A DNA stretch of 64,000 nucleotides from Candidatus Thorarchaeota archaeon SMTZ1-45 (GTDB lineage Archaea > Asgardarchaeota > Thorarchaeia > Thorarchaeales > Thorarchaeaceae), in the NCBI GenBank assembly GCA_001563335.1, contig LRSL01000076.1, positions 23,225-87,224 on the forward strand, written 5' to 3'. Position 1 is the first letter of the stretch; the number at the start of each line of letters is the position of its first letter. Of this stretch, positions 38,598-48,782 are shown in pieces. The translations under genes and the position numbers were made by a program. The notes beneath the pieces are model-generated. The model saw only the letters and a program-made list of their open reading frames with translations. It did no database searches and was not told where the DNA came from.

Positions 38598-40361
38598 GTG
38601 AAGCACAAGTTTTCGCGCAGGACTGCGGTCATTCTTGTCTTTGCTATCTTTGTAGGCTTTGTGATGTACAATATTGCACCAACTGAGATTGAACCTGGTC
38701 AGTATAGTCTGGCGTTAGAGATTCACTCCCCAGGCATTGATGTTTCTCAAATCTATAATATTTCATTTGTCAGTGAGATCTCTGATGGCAGCTCCAACTA
38801 TCTTCTCACTGGATCTTTGACGAATGTCACTGTGACAATCCCTCGATCTATTGTTATTTCTCCCAACAATCCTTTCAGAATCATTCTTAGTGCAAGCGGT
38901 GAGAGTTTGTCTGCAAGTGATATTGTTGCGACACTCACAAATGATGATGAGTTTAATCTAACACTTCGTCCCAATAGACAATCCGGTCAAATCTTCATTA
39001 TCGAATATCAACCATTGGTCAACTCCAATTCTGCAGTGATGATTCTAGCAGTCGTTGCCATTCTTTGGTTCTCAGAAGGAATCAGTCTAGTAGCAACCTC
39101 TCTTCTCATTCCTATCTTGATCGTCCTCTCAAATATACGCACACCCGATGCTGCTCTAGCACCCTTCTTTGACCCTGCTGTGGCGCTAATACTTGGAGGA
39201 TTTCTAATAGGTCGAGCATTGGACAAATATGAACTTGATAAACGACTCGCTCTTCTGATACTATCAAGGAGTGCTGGATCTGGTTCTAGCCTAATTCTCA
39301 GTGTGATGAGTATCACAGCATTCCTATCGATGTGGATAAGTAACACAGCATCTGCAGCAATTATGATTCCAATCGCTCTTGCGGTAATTAGTCGTATTCG
39401 AAGCTTAGAAACAAGAGACAAATATGGGAAAGCACTTGTGTTGGGTGTAGCTTATTCAGCGACACTTGGTGGAGTTGCAAGCCTTGTTGGTTCTCCCCCC
39501 AATCCTTTGGCTGCTACATACATCAACTCATTCCTTGGGATTCAATTCTCATTCATGAGTTGGTTGCCCTTTGGACTTCCTGTCGTTTTGATTATGTTGC
39601 CGCTGATCTGGCGATGGATAATGTTTCGATTCAAACTACCAAAGAACATCGAGGAAATGAACGAGTTGAGAGAGATCTCATTCAAGGAGTATCTGAAACT
39701 TGGTCCAATGCCTATGGAACAAAAGTTAGTCGTAGTAGTTTTCATTTCAACTGTAGCACTCTGGTTCACAGAGAAACTGCCAGATTTCATAGCTAGTGCA
39801 ATTGGTTGGTCTGGACATGGAATCTCAAGTTCAATAGTTGCATTGATGGGTGGTCTCTCATTAATGGTGCTTCGTCTCATTGATGAAAAAGATGTGTCTT
39901 CTGGCATAAACTGGTCATCACTGATGATTCTTGGTGGTGGAATCGCATTAGGTGGTGCAATGATTGATACTGGTCTGTCAGCTTTCATCGCACACCAGAT
40001 GATCGGACTTGGTATACTTCCCTCATTCCTTGTGATAATCATAATCGGTACCTTAGCAGTACTTGTGACAATGGTAGCTTCGAATACTGGTGCGGCAGTT
40101 ATTTTGATACCAATTGCGATACCATTAGCCACAGGTCTTGGTATTGACCCTCTCCTCATAGTGATGGTGATAGCTATAGCTGTTTCCATGGACTTCGCAT
40201 TACCAACTGGGACTCCACCATCAACTATAGCTTATAGCACTGGCAAGGTTCAGATTCGCGAGATGATAACGACCGGTCTAATTGTAGATTTAATTGCAAT
40301 TCTAGTTGTTACAATTCTTGCAGTATGGTTGTGGGGTATCCTAGGGTTAGTCGTGCTCTGA
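38598..40361 (+). CDS. DASS/SLC13 sodium:anion symporter with N-terminal extracellular insertion
   Basis: LSMWISNTAS, GSPPN, ASNTG, ALPTGTPP motifs. Confidence 0.92.
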   Translation: MKHKFSRRTAVILVFAIFVGFVMYNIAPTEIEPGQYSLALEIHSPGIDVSQIYNISFVSEISDGSSNYLLTGSLTNVTVTIPRSIVISPNNPFRIILSASGESLSASDIVATLTNDDEFNLTLRPNRQSGQIFIIEYQPLVNSNSAVMILAVVAILWFSEGISLVATSLLIPILIVLSNIRTPDAALAPFFDPAVALILGGFLIGRALDKYELDKRLALLILSRSAGSGSSLILSVMSITAFLSMWISNTASAAIMIPIALAVISRIRSLETRDKYGKALVLGVAYSATLGGVASLVGSPPNPLAATYINSFLGIQFSFMSWLPFGLPVVLIMLPLIWRWIMFRFKLPKNIEEMNELREISFKEYLKLGPMPMEQKLVVVVFISTVALWFTEKLPDFIASAIGWSGHGISSSIVALMGGLSLMVLRLIDEKDVSSGINWSSLMILGGGIALGGAMIDTGLSAFIAHQMIGLGILPSFLVIIIIGTLAVLVTMVASNTGAAVILIPIAIPLATGLGIDPLLIVMVIAIAVSMDFALPTGTPPSTIAYSTGKVQIREMITTGLIVDLIAILVVTILAVWLWGILGLVVL

Positions 40362-40437
40362 AATTACTAGTGCATCTTTGGAATTCACGAAGGGTTTAAA
40401 TCGCTCAAAGGACCGCTCCTCACAAAGGTGCCTAAAC

Positions 40438-41208
40438 ATGAGTTGGGTAATGAAGATAATCAAAGGAAGTCCAGATGAACATACCCACGCTAAGCTGGTG
40501 AAATATGGTATTGGTTCTCATCCTGGTCCCCGAACAAAACTGACCTTGAGTAAAGCCAGTATCAAATTCAAGGCTGATCTTGATCAAGAAAAAGATATTC
40601 TTCGGGGATATCTCTTGGGTGCACCTGCTGGGACTCATAAGGTTAAGGGTACAATAATCACCTATAGTGATCGCACTAACGAATTTAGTCAGCTGAATAT
40701 GCCTATTTCATGGTCGAAATCAAAAGGTAAGGGAACTCCTGTCTTCAAAGCGAAAGTGGATGAAGTTGCTCCAATCGAAGATATCCGCGCATTATTTGAA
40801 GTAGATGATCCAACCACATTCTATCTTCTCTCAATCAATCCTCGTGACGGAACCAAACCATGGAAAGTAACAACCAAGACTTCTTTCCCAAAAGGTGGCT
40901 CATCGGAAGAGGATGAGGAATCTGACGAAAAGGATCCTGTCTTCACAAAAGGTGCCTTAGGCAACACACCTAAAGTTCTTGATTATTTACTAAACACATA
41001 TCTTCCGGACTTGAAGGACAAAGTGGAGCCCAAGACCAAAAACATCATGATTAGGAACAATATTGAGATTCTGGATATTGAAATACCGGATGATCCCTCT
41101 CTAAGTTTCGCTGAGAAACGGCGTCTTGCCAAAAAACATGGTAAACTGATTCGTGCTGTAACAATCGATGGGAAAGACCATACTCTTGAGTACGATTTCT
41201 TAGTATGA
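40438..41208 (+). CDS. Hypothetical protein
   Basis: Long ORF from MSWVMKII with a basic alpha/beta pattern. No function assignable. Confidence 0.7.
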   Translation: MSWVMKIIKGSPDEHTHAKLVKYGIGSHPGPRTKLTLSKASIKFKADLDQEKDILRGYLLGAPAGTHKVKGTIITYSDRTNEFSQLNMPISWSKSKGKGTPVFKAKVDEVAPIEDIRALFEVDDPTTFYLLSINPRDGTKPWKVTTKTSFPKGGSSEEDEESDEKDPVFTKGALGNTPKVLDYLLNTYLPDLKDKVEPKTKNIMIRNNIEILDIEIPDDPSLSFAEKRRLAKKHGKLIRAVTIDGKDHTLEYDFLV

Positions 41209-41276
41209 TTTCAGTACCGTGACGTTTAAATTCGAAACAAAAGGGGTGCCCTATACTAAAAGAAGAGGCGAAATAC

Positions 41277-41477
41277 ATGCTCCAAGGATTTGAAGGATAC
41301 TACTTCCCAATATCACTTTTGTTCATTTTCCTAGGTTTATTTGCAGCAGCTTGGTTGATAATCCATATTGAGCATGGACGTCACTTCTCAAAATTTAAAG
41401 TAGGATCTGCTCTATTTCTTGCATCAATCTTAATCGGCTTTGGTATTCATTTTCTACTGCTCTCAGCAGGAATTTAG
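41277..41477 (+). CDS. Small two-TM membrane protein
   Basis: 66 aa, two hydrophobic helices flanking HIEHGRH, GAGG upstream. Confidence 0.6.
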   Translation: MLQGFEGYYFPISLLFIFLGLFAAAWLIIHIEHGRHFSKFKVGSALFLASILIGFGIHFLLLSAGI

Positions 41478-41578
41478 AAAAATATATGACACCATCTCAA
41501 CACATCAACTCTTGTTCAATCTGCACGAAATACCATTATTTAGCCACTTACAGACTTACTTTTGCTATCTTCTACTGG

Positions 41579-42799
41579 ATGGCAAATTTTGAGTCTAAGA
41601 GGAATCCCGACGTGTTACTCGAACCCGATATTGAGAAACTAGCTATTGAAAGCCGCCAAAAGCTAGTTCAAGAATTCGCTGATAAATACGCTAACCTTCG
41701 TGAGCGTGTAAAACGGGTTCCTGAAGCAGATGCACAAAGAATTTCTGAACAATTATGTTGTCCTTCAGAAATTGCTATGATAGCGTATCTGATCAACATG
41801 GATGGCATAATGGGGGTAAAGCAGGCAGTTCGACTTCTCAGTGAAGAACTGCAGCGAAGGGCTATAGTGGGTGACAGTATTCCGAATCTTCCTGGGAATA
41901 TAATGGAATTCGCTCTCACTGAAGGTAGGTGGGTTTCCCATATTTATGGAAGCTTTGTTAGGCAACTTGAAATTCATGTTCGGGGACTTGCGAATCTTGA
42001 GGAGGGAATTGAAGGTCCCGCTGTTGAAGTTGAGAAGGCTCTCTCAATCATAGCTGCAAGGACAAAGATGTCTGAAACAATTATTGCTCCTGTCGCAGAT
42101 GAATGGCAAAAAGAACATCCAAAAGCAACCAGCAAAGACGCACTCATGTTTTTTGGACAAGCAATTACCAAGTGGAACATAAGTACTCTGAATGGAAAGT
42201 TCTTACAAATTCAGCGTAGGACTCAAGCACTATTTCGAGTTCTAAGAGAAAGTCTGCTAACAGCATCCGACTCCTTTACAATGGATGCGGCAATTAATCG
42301 CATCGATATGTTAATCGAAGAACTCGGACGCTCATTTGAGGAAATGACATTAAGAGCTGTTTCCCATCTATTACTCCATATAGCTCCACGACAGGCTACT
42401 GGAAGGGGGGATAGGTCCCCGTATGTTTCTGTGGGTGTGACATCAACAAGAGGGAACAAAGCAGAGCCTGATCTTGCGTCTCCATTTGATTTCCTTGAGC
42501 GAGATGTCAAGTTAGCAAAACGACGTCTGGGCATTGAGCGGGAGGAATATCTGAAACACAAGATTGCACGTGTATTACGTGTTTTGAAGTATCAGGAGCA
42601 CACACATGTAGAGAGTGTCGAAAAATGTTTGACAGAAATTGTTGATAGACTTGAGATTGATGGCTCTCAACTGGAAAAGATTATCGAGGATTTCAAGGTC
42701 ACCATTGCTAATGCACAAGAAGCTGAGAGAGACAATCTCTCTGTGGTTACAATTCTTAGTTTTGTGACCTCAAATGTCTATGGAGCGGATTCAGTTTGA
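41579..42799 (+). CDS. Helical hypothetical protein
   Basis: About 400 aa all-alpha ORF whose stop overlaps the next start. Start uncertain. Confidence 0.7.
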   Translation: MANFESKRNPDVLLEPDIEKLAIESRQKLVQEFADKYANLRERVKRVPEADAQRISEQLCCPSEIAMIAYLINMDGIMGVKQAVRLLSEELQRRAIVGDSIPNLPGNIMEFALTEGRWVSHIYGSFVRQLEIHVRGLANLEEGIEGPAVEVEKALSIIAARTKMSETIIAPVADEWQKEHPKATSKDALMFFGQAITKWNISTLNGKFLQIQRRTQALFRVLRESLLTASDSFTMDAAINRIDMLIEELGRSFEEMTLRAVSHLLLHIAPRQATGRGDRSPYVSVGVTSTRGNKAEPDLASPFDFLERDVKLAKRRLGIEREEYLKHKIARVLRVLKYQEHTHVESVEKCLTEIVDRLEIDGSQLEKIIEDFKVTIANAQEAERDNLSVVTILSFVTSNVYGADSV

Positions 42800-43572
42800 G
42801 CAATGTCCGAACTCCCCTCTACTGGTTGATTGATATTGAGAGTTATGATTTCCAGGTAGGCGCTTTCAAAGATGCTGACTTAAAGGGTAAAGCACTAATT
42901 CTATCAAATCAGCTTTGGTCAATCATCCGTGGGACTCTTGTCTATTCTGTCCTAATAGGTCCTGGAATCTTCAAGGGTTTAGCCACAAGAGGGAAGATTC
43001 AGATTGATGTGCTGGAATACCTTTCAGCTCTGATTTTTGATCCAACAATGCTTCGTCTAGACGAGCCATTACCGCAGGTAGACATTGTTAACCCAGAAGT
43101 AATTGATCCTCTTGGTGCAAGGAAACAGGAGGAGATTGTCACAGTCATCCGTAACTTGGTTGTGGAAAAAGGGAATATTCTTGCAGCTGACACTTTAGCT
43201 ACAGTACAAATGAAAGCTAATGTACCACAAATTGCTCATTATGAGGAGATTTACAAGCGAATCAATGTTTCACATGTTTCAGGTCTTCAACGAGCAAAGT
43301 TCATTCTAGCTGGTACAAATGGACCAATGTACAAACCTTTTGTCGAGTATTATAATAACCGCAAGTTTTGGCAACGAGAGCGAACATTGGTCATGGCTAC
43401 TCCCTTTAACAAGTTTAGTAGTTTTGTTGATATTGATGTGATGTCCGATTGGATGATTGTAGAAAAGGCGGGATCGGACTCAAAGACTGGGATGGAAGCA
43501 ATTGGGGACGAGTTTGAGCGAACGCTATCCATAATTGATAAAGAAAGTGAGTCCTATATTTTCGAGATATGA
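42796..43572 (+). CDS. Hypothetical protein
   Basis: 258 aa ORF, TTGA overlap with the upstream gene. Confidence 0.7.
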   Translation: MSNVRTPLYWLIDIESYDFQVGAFKDADLKGKALILSNQLWSIIRGTLVYSVLIGPGIFKGLATRGKIQIDVLEYLSALIFDPTMLRLDEPLPQVDIVNPEVIDPLGARKQEEIVTVIRNLVVEKGNILAADTLATVQMKANVPQIAHYEEIYKRINVSHVSGLQRAKFILAGTNGPMYKPFVEYYNNRKFWQRERTLVMATPFNKFSSFVDIDVMSDWMIVEKAGSDSKTGMEAIGDEFERTLSIIDKESESYIFEI

Positions 43573-43626
43573 TGCAACCACAAGAGTCTTTGGTATAATA
43601 TTTTGCTCCATGGATGAGGACTCTAA

Positions 43627-46248
43627 TTGGAAATTGCTGATGCAGATATTCAAAAGCGGCTCAAGAAGCCTTATACACTTGTTTTTAGGGCTGGTAAACA
43701 AGAGCTGACAACTAGAGTCGATGTTTTTTCAGATGTATTAAGAGACCGTCAAAGATCAGTTCTTGGTGGAATGGTGGAATATGGTTACCGTGAGTCCGGC
43801 CTTTTAGAAATCAAGCGTTTCTGGTTTATTAAATACAATAAGCCAATCTATTATCAACCAAAGGAAACTCACGATATAATAAGAAAAGCGAAGACCATTA
43901 TTATTCCCATGGAACAAAAGCCTGATTTTTTGAAGGACCTTAAAAATATGTTATCTCGTTTAGATGCCCAGAAACAAAGAGTTGTACCTACATGTCAACA
44001 TTGTCTTCGCGATGATAGACTTACCATTTTGACAAGACGAAATGCTGTGAAAATTACTGAGAAACAGGTTGCTTGCACGCATTGCGCTCAAGGTGACCTA
44101 AGGTTGGAATTGAAGAACATGGGTATTCATCTCTCAAAAGCTATGTTGAATCAGCTTGAGAAACAAGTGTCAAAGGTAAAATCAATTCCAAGAATGATTG
44201 AGATGATGACTCCAGGATTTGATCCAACAAACGAGCCTGATTTGACCCTGATTGACACAGTGGTCGCTGAGGAAACTAGAATTTCTCGTATGATATCTGA
44301 ATTGCCAATCCCCTCTCAATTCAAAGACAAGCTTGTGTCAGAAGGATATGAACAACTACTGCCTATTCAATCTCAAGTTGTTGATGCTGGGCTCTTCAAA
44401 GATGTAAATCTGCTGATTGTTTCCTCCACCTCATCAGGAAAGACCTTGTTAGGAGAACTAGCTGGGGTACCAAAAGCCATGCAGGGATTGAAAATGATAT
44501 ACATGTCCCCTTTGGTGGCTTTGACAAATGAGAAATATGAACAGTTTCGAAAACGGTACAAATCTATCGGATTGCGAGTGGGTATCAAAGTTGGAATGTC
44601 CCGCCTTGATGTTGGTGACGAAGGAAAACCAATTGTTGATACGGACATTACAAAATCTGACATCATTTGCGCAACATATGAAGCTCTAGATCTCATTTTC
44701 AGATCAGGCTGCATATCTGATCTTGGAGAAGTGGGAACTGTTGTTATCGACGAGATTCAGAATCTGGCTGACCCTGAGAGAGGTCCTGAACTTGATGGAA
44801 TTTTAACCCGGATGCGTATGCACTATCCAAAAGCGCAGTATCTCGCACTTTCAGCTACTGTCGGCTCACCAGAGGTTTTAGCAAAAGAATTACAAATGAA
44901 GCTGGTGAACTTTGAAGGCCGCCCTGTACCTCTTGAACGACATCTTGTTTTCGCTCGTTCTGATGAGGAAAAAAGGTCTTTAATACGTAGACTTGTTAAT
45001 CAGGAGTTTCGCCATGTTAGCAGCTATGGTAATAAGGGTCAATCAATCATTTTTACCTACTCGAGACGTCGAGCTCATGCTCTGAGCGATTGGTTAAGAG
45101 AGCATAACGTTTCAACATCAGTATACCATGGTGGTCTATCATACTCTCGTCGTCGCAGAATAGAGTATTCATTTTCAAAACAACGATTTGCTTGTATTGT
45201 TACAACCGCAGCTCTTGGTGCTGGAGTGGATTTAGCAGCATCTCAGGTCATCTTTGAATCACTAGCGATGGGTGCAGATTGGTTATCTACTGCAGAGTTT
45301 GAACAAATGCTAGGCAGAGCAGGGCGCCTTGGTAAGCATGACCGAGGTAAAGTCTACATAATTGTTCAACCTGAAAAGAAATACCATGGTGGTCAAGATA
45401 AATCTGAAGATGAGATTGCAGTAGAATTGCTAAATGGCATTATCGAAGATGTTGAGCCTTTTGCAGACAAAGAAGCCAGTGCTGAACAAATACTCGCTAC
45501 GATTTGTTCAACTGGTCTTGTAGACCTAAAAGCAGTTGCTCGAGCATACAAAAGGATGCTCTCAATGTCTGTCCCTCCTTCCGAAGCTCTAAAACATCTT
45601 GTTCGTACACACATGGTTCGTGTGAAGGAGGGTGGTGTCCATCCAACAGATCTAGGAAAGGCTACATCACTATCTTTCCTACCCCCAAGTATGGGTCTTG
45701 AAGTCATGAAGCTCGCCTCTACTTATGACGTTACAGATATTGCTATCATGCTTGAACCATTTGAGAATGTCTACCTTACATCCAAGCTTCAGGAGGAGGT
45801 GAATTCAGCTTTTAGAACTCATATGCCAACTCGGCTCTTCTCAGGGGTCTTTATCGAGATAGGCGATGCAAGTCATCCAAAGAGTGGGGCTGGAAGACTG
45901 CCTCAATGGGTGTTTGAGGTGTTTGGCAAGTGGACTACCACATTCTTCAATTGTGGGTGTCGCGAGTATCCAGAATGTGACCATGGTAAGATCAGTCTGG
46001 GCAGATGGCTTGTTGAGAAACGAAAAGAGGGCTTGAATCCCTCAGGACTTGCACAGAAGCTTCATGATGATTTTGAACTGTGGGCATATCCTGGAGATAT
46101 CTTTTCATGGCTTGATTCATTAATCCATAATCTTAAAGCTGTTCAAAGAATTGCTGATGTTGCCGGAAAGACTGACCTTCATGTACAAATAGAAGATCAG
46201 ATTGCACGGATTGAACGGCCATTAGAGAATATCGAAACAATCGAGTAG
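43627..46248 (+). CDS. Archaea-specific Ski2-like SF2 helicase (ASH-Ski2/COG1202-like)
   Basis: N-terminal CQHC/CTHC, LLPIQ, SSGKT, DEIQ, LSAT, YHGG, QMLGRAGR, C-terminal CGCREYPECDH. Confidence 0.88.
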   Translation: MEIADADIQKRLKKPYTLVFRAGKQELTTRVDVFSDVLRDRQRSVLGGMVEYGYRESGLLEIKRFWFIKYNKPIYYQPKETHDIIRKAKTIIIPMEQKPDFLKDLKNMLSRLDAQKQRVVPTCQHCLRDDRLTILTRRNAVKITEKQVACTHCAQGDLRLELKNMGIHLSKAMLNQLEKQVSKVKSIPRMIEMMTPGFDPTNEPDLTLIDTVVAEETRISRMISELPIPSQFKDKLVSEGYEQLLPIQSQVVDAGLFKDVNLLIVSSTSSGKTLLGELAGVPKAMQGLKMIYMSPLVALTNEKYEQFRKRYKSIGLRVGIKVGMSRLDVGDEGKPIVDTDITKSDIICATYEALDLIFRSGCISDLGEVGTVVIDEIQNLADPERGPELDGILTRMRMHYPKAQYLALSATVGSPEVLAKELQMKLVNFEGRPVPLERHLVFARSDEEKRSLIRRLVNQEFRHVSSYGNKGQSIIFTYSRRRAHALSDWLREHNVSTSVYHGGLSYSRRRRIEYSFSKQRFACIVTTAALGAGVDLAASQVIFESLAMGADWLSTAEFEQMLGRAGRLGKHDRGKVYIIVQPEKKYHGGQDKSEDEIAVELLNGIIEDVEPFADKEASAEQILATICSTGLVDLKAVARAYKRMLSMSVPPSEALKHLVRTHMVRVKEGGVHPTDLGKATSLSFLPPSMGLEVMKLASTYDVTDIAIMLEPFENVYLTSKLQEEVNSAFRTHMPTRLFSGVFIEIGDASHPKSGAGRLPQWVFEVFGKWTTTFFNCGCREYPECDHGKISLGRWLVEKRKEGLNPSGLAQKLHDDFELWAYPGDIFSWLDSLIHNLKAVQRIADVAGKTDLHVQIEDQIARIERPLENIETIE

Positions 46249-46254
46249 ATTCTC

Positions 46255-46515
46255 TCACTGTGTAGCATTGTCCTTCTCAATCTCAAAGAGAACTCGAATG
46301 TTACCAATAAGACCTGGCGGCATTGAGTCAAGATTCAGGTCTAGCCATTTGTGCAGGTCTCTCCTGATAGTTTCCTTATGGTCCAATTCTGATGGTAATT
46401 CTGAGCGATCTTCAGATACCAATTGAAAGTGGGTGCATCCACAGCTGCATGCACCTTCTAGGACCATATCAATGTCAACAGAGGTTTTTCCACACATTCT
46501 ACAGACAAATATCAT
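46255..46515 (-). CDS. Small Zn-ribbon protein (OapC/DUF2072-like)
   Basis: CRMCG...VLEGACSCGCTHFQ resembles the archaeal C..CG...GCP.CG..KFQ pattern. Confidence 0.55.
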   Translation of the reverse strand: MIFVCRMCGKTSVDIDMVLEGACSCGCTHFQLVSEDRSELPSELDHKETIRRDLHKWLDLNLDSMPPGLIGNIRVLFEIEKDNATQ

Positions 46516-46642
46516 ATTGTCATCGCTCCAAAATAATGCATCATCAAATATCTATGAGGATTGGTATGGCTTAGGTAATACTTCCAATTTTAGGACTAGA
46601 CTTATTTGGTGCTTGTTTGCGCATGTTTCTAGGGCAATTGAG

Positions 46643-46900
46643 ATGGCACGAACTTGTATGTTTTGTCGCGAAAAATCAAAGATTCGCTGCGACAGGTGTC
46701 GAAACGAATTCTGTCAAGATCATGCCATAAAATGTCCCAAGTGTGGCACCATTACATGTATACGTGATTTGAACCGCAGGGCTATCTGTCCTTCATGTCA
46801 CAAGATACTAGACATCTGTCCTGAATGTCTTCTTAATGGTAAGATTGTTCGAACAATAGCTGGTCTCAAACAATGTCCTGAATGTGGATGGAATGGTTAG
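46643..46900 (+). CDS. Cys-rich multi-zinc-finger protein
   Basis: 85 aa with CMFC, CDRC, CQDH, CPKC, C, CPSC, CPEC, CPEC. Start ATG 46643. Confidence 0.7.
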   Translation: MARTCMFCREKSKIRCDRCRNEFCQDHAIKCPKCGTITCIRDLNRRAICPSCHKILDICPECLLNGKIVRTIAGLKQCPECGWNG

Positions 46901-47157
46901 GGAAACCAGAAGAATGCGAGAAGAAAGATAGTAATCGCAATAATAGCAGCGATTATCCAAATTCTCCTCCCATATCCCCAAACAATAGGTATTGGGCCAA
47001 TCAGAATGATCCCCTTACTCTCCCTTCTCTGCTCACCCATTTCAAAATCTGTACGCATTAACATAGATGCAATTCCAGAGATGATGATGAGAGCTCCTAT
47101 GATTATCAGTGCCCAAGCAAGAAGGTTGACGGGGTTTCCAATCTGCATCTGTTTCAC
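46897..47157 (-). CDS. DUF131/TIGR00304 family membrane protein
   Basis: GIILIGPIPIVWG signature between two TM helices. Confidence 0.85.
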   Translation of the reverse strand: MKQMQIGNPVNLLAWALIIIGALIIISGIASMLMRTDFEMGEQRRESKGIILIGPIPIVWGYGRRIWIIAAIIAITIFLLAFFWFP

Positions 47158-47708
47158 CTTGAATCAAATATTGTGCTAACCAGATCAAATTCCATTTTTT
47201 CATAACCGCCAACTTCATCTCCCTCAAAAGCCCAGAGAGTTACAAGGTCTCCATAAATTTCGAATTCCAATGTCGTTTCTATCTCTTTGATATGGGTTCC
47301 TATGGGATATCTCCAGATAATCTCAAAGTCATAAGGTGCTTCTTCTTCCTCAAGCCAAGTTTCAATTATGTTGGCTCCTTTTTGAAATCTGCCAGAAAAA
47401 TCAATCAAATAAACAACGGATACAACTTCTGTTGCGCCTTTGAGAAAGATATCGCAATAATCTACTTGAGATCTCACTTGTTCGCTATTGATCTCTACTC
47501 TCTCCTGATTAAGGAAATGCTGCATATTGTCTGCAAGTTTCTCAATCTCTTTTTTGAAAAGTTTCTCATTTCGTAAGACTTTGCGATAGTATCCATCCGG
47601 GTCAAGATACTCATAGCAGAGTCGTTCATGAACCTCTCCACTCCTCGACACCGAAAAGAATGAATCTGCATGAATTGGTTCTACCAGCTCGGATAGAGCA
47701 TTTTCCAC
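47154..47708 (-). CDS. Hypothetical protein
   Basis: 184 aa acidic beta-rich ORF in a tightly packed minus-strand run. Confidence 0.7.
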   Translation of the reverse strand: MENALSELVEPIHADSFFSVSRSGEVHERLCYEYLDPDGYYRKVLRNEKLFKKEIEKLADNMQHFLNQERVEINSEQVRSQVDYCDIFLKGATEVVSVVYLIDFSGRFQKGANIIETWLEEEEAPYDFEIIWRYPIGTHIKEIETTLEFEIYGDLVTLWAFEGDEVGGYEKMEFDLVSTIFDSR

Positions 47709-47718
47709 AACACATCAC

Positions 47719-48723
47719 CTACTCAAGTGGTACTGCATGGATATCATTATCTGAAAGATGTTTTGAGAGGGTTCTCCCATTCTCAGTGAAACAATATGCC
47801 ACCCTTGGTTTTACTTCTTTTGCGAAATTTAGCAGTCCATTGAAATCAGAATGGGCACTCAACGGAAATCCTCTCTCTCTGAATTTTCCTATGGTCCACC
47901 CAGAGAGATTGAAATATTCAAACTTAGCTTCATATTGTCCAAAAGCTGGTTTTCCTAAGGTTCTTCGTAGATTATCTATTGTGTGTCTAGAAGATGAGCT
48001 CACTATGACTGCTCCTTCATCAAGGGTTTCGCTTAGATTATGACTTCGAACTGTTTGGTGTCGAAGCTCTATGCCATATTGCTTGTAAACTGAACAGACT
48101 TTGTCAATACTTGTGTTTCCAGAAATGACTCTGACCCCTCCGCTTTGGAGTAATGCAATTGCCTCCTGAGACTTACCAAGAGAATAGGCATGAAATATAG
48201 GAATTCTCCCTTCGTCTGTGACTCTCTTTGCTGTTTCCATTATGTTATCATAGACAGTCTTCCTTGTTGGAAAAACCCATTGTGGAGTTCCATAGGTTGC
48301 CTCAGTTATTAACACGTCTGCCTCGACTGGTTTTGCTGCTTTGTGAACAAGACTATCAACATTATTGAAATCCCCTGTGTACAAAACCTTGAGACCATCA
48401 TTGAACTCAAGAAGATACATCGTAGAACCAAGCACATGTCCCGCATTCAAAGCAGTGATGTTTACGCCAATCTGCCCGAACATGTCCCCATGTTTAATAA
48501 TTGTCTGACTCTGGAACTTGTTAGACCTTCTTGCTTGCCATGTATCAAAGGTCCCTTTCGTTGCTATGATGTGCCTAGCATTCTTTAGACCACCGATATG
48601 GTCGGAATGAGAATGTGAGAGAAGTGTTGTTTCACCCTTTATACCTGTATCTAAAGCGAGTTTGACATCGCCATACTTCAATAGGAATCCAGTGCCACTT
48701 TTTCTCAGGCTCACAGTAGGCAT
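47719..48723 (-). CDS. Metallo-beta-lactamase fold beta-CASP nuclease
   Basis: HSHSDH, AGHVLGS, YTGDF, ITEATYG, YSLGKSQE, LSAHSD. Confidence 0.88.
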   Translation of the reverse strand: MPTVSLRKSGTGFLLKYGDVKLALDTGIKGETTLLSHSHSDHIGGLKNARHIIATKGTFDTWQARRSNKFQSQTIIKHGDMFGQIGVNITALNAGHVLGSTMYLLEFNDGLKVLYTGDFNNVDSLVHKAAKPVEADVLITEATYGTPQWVFPTRKTVYDNIMETAKRVTDEGRIPIFHAYSLGKSQEAIALLQSGGVRVISGNTSIDKVCSVYKQYGIELRHQTVRSHNLSETLDEGAVIVSSSSRHTIDNLRRTLGKPAFGQYEAKFEYFNLSGWTIGKFRERGFPLSAHSDFNGLLNFAKEVKPRVAYCFTENGRTLSKHLSDNDIHAVPLE

Positions 48724-48782
48724 GCAATAACCATCCAATAACAAACCAATATAGAACAAAAGGATTTCCCAGTATCCATATT

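Noticed and set aside
39008-40189. Long antisense ORFs (137 and 215 aa) within the DASS gene, and similar ones inside uvrA and other genes
   Set aside because: Shadow ORFs produced by codon bias of the real genes on the opposite strand; no motifs.
46255-46515. OapC-like gene as a marker of oriC
   Set aside because: oapA/oapB and origin repeats are not present nearby.
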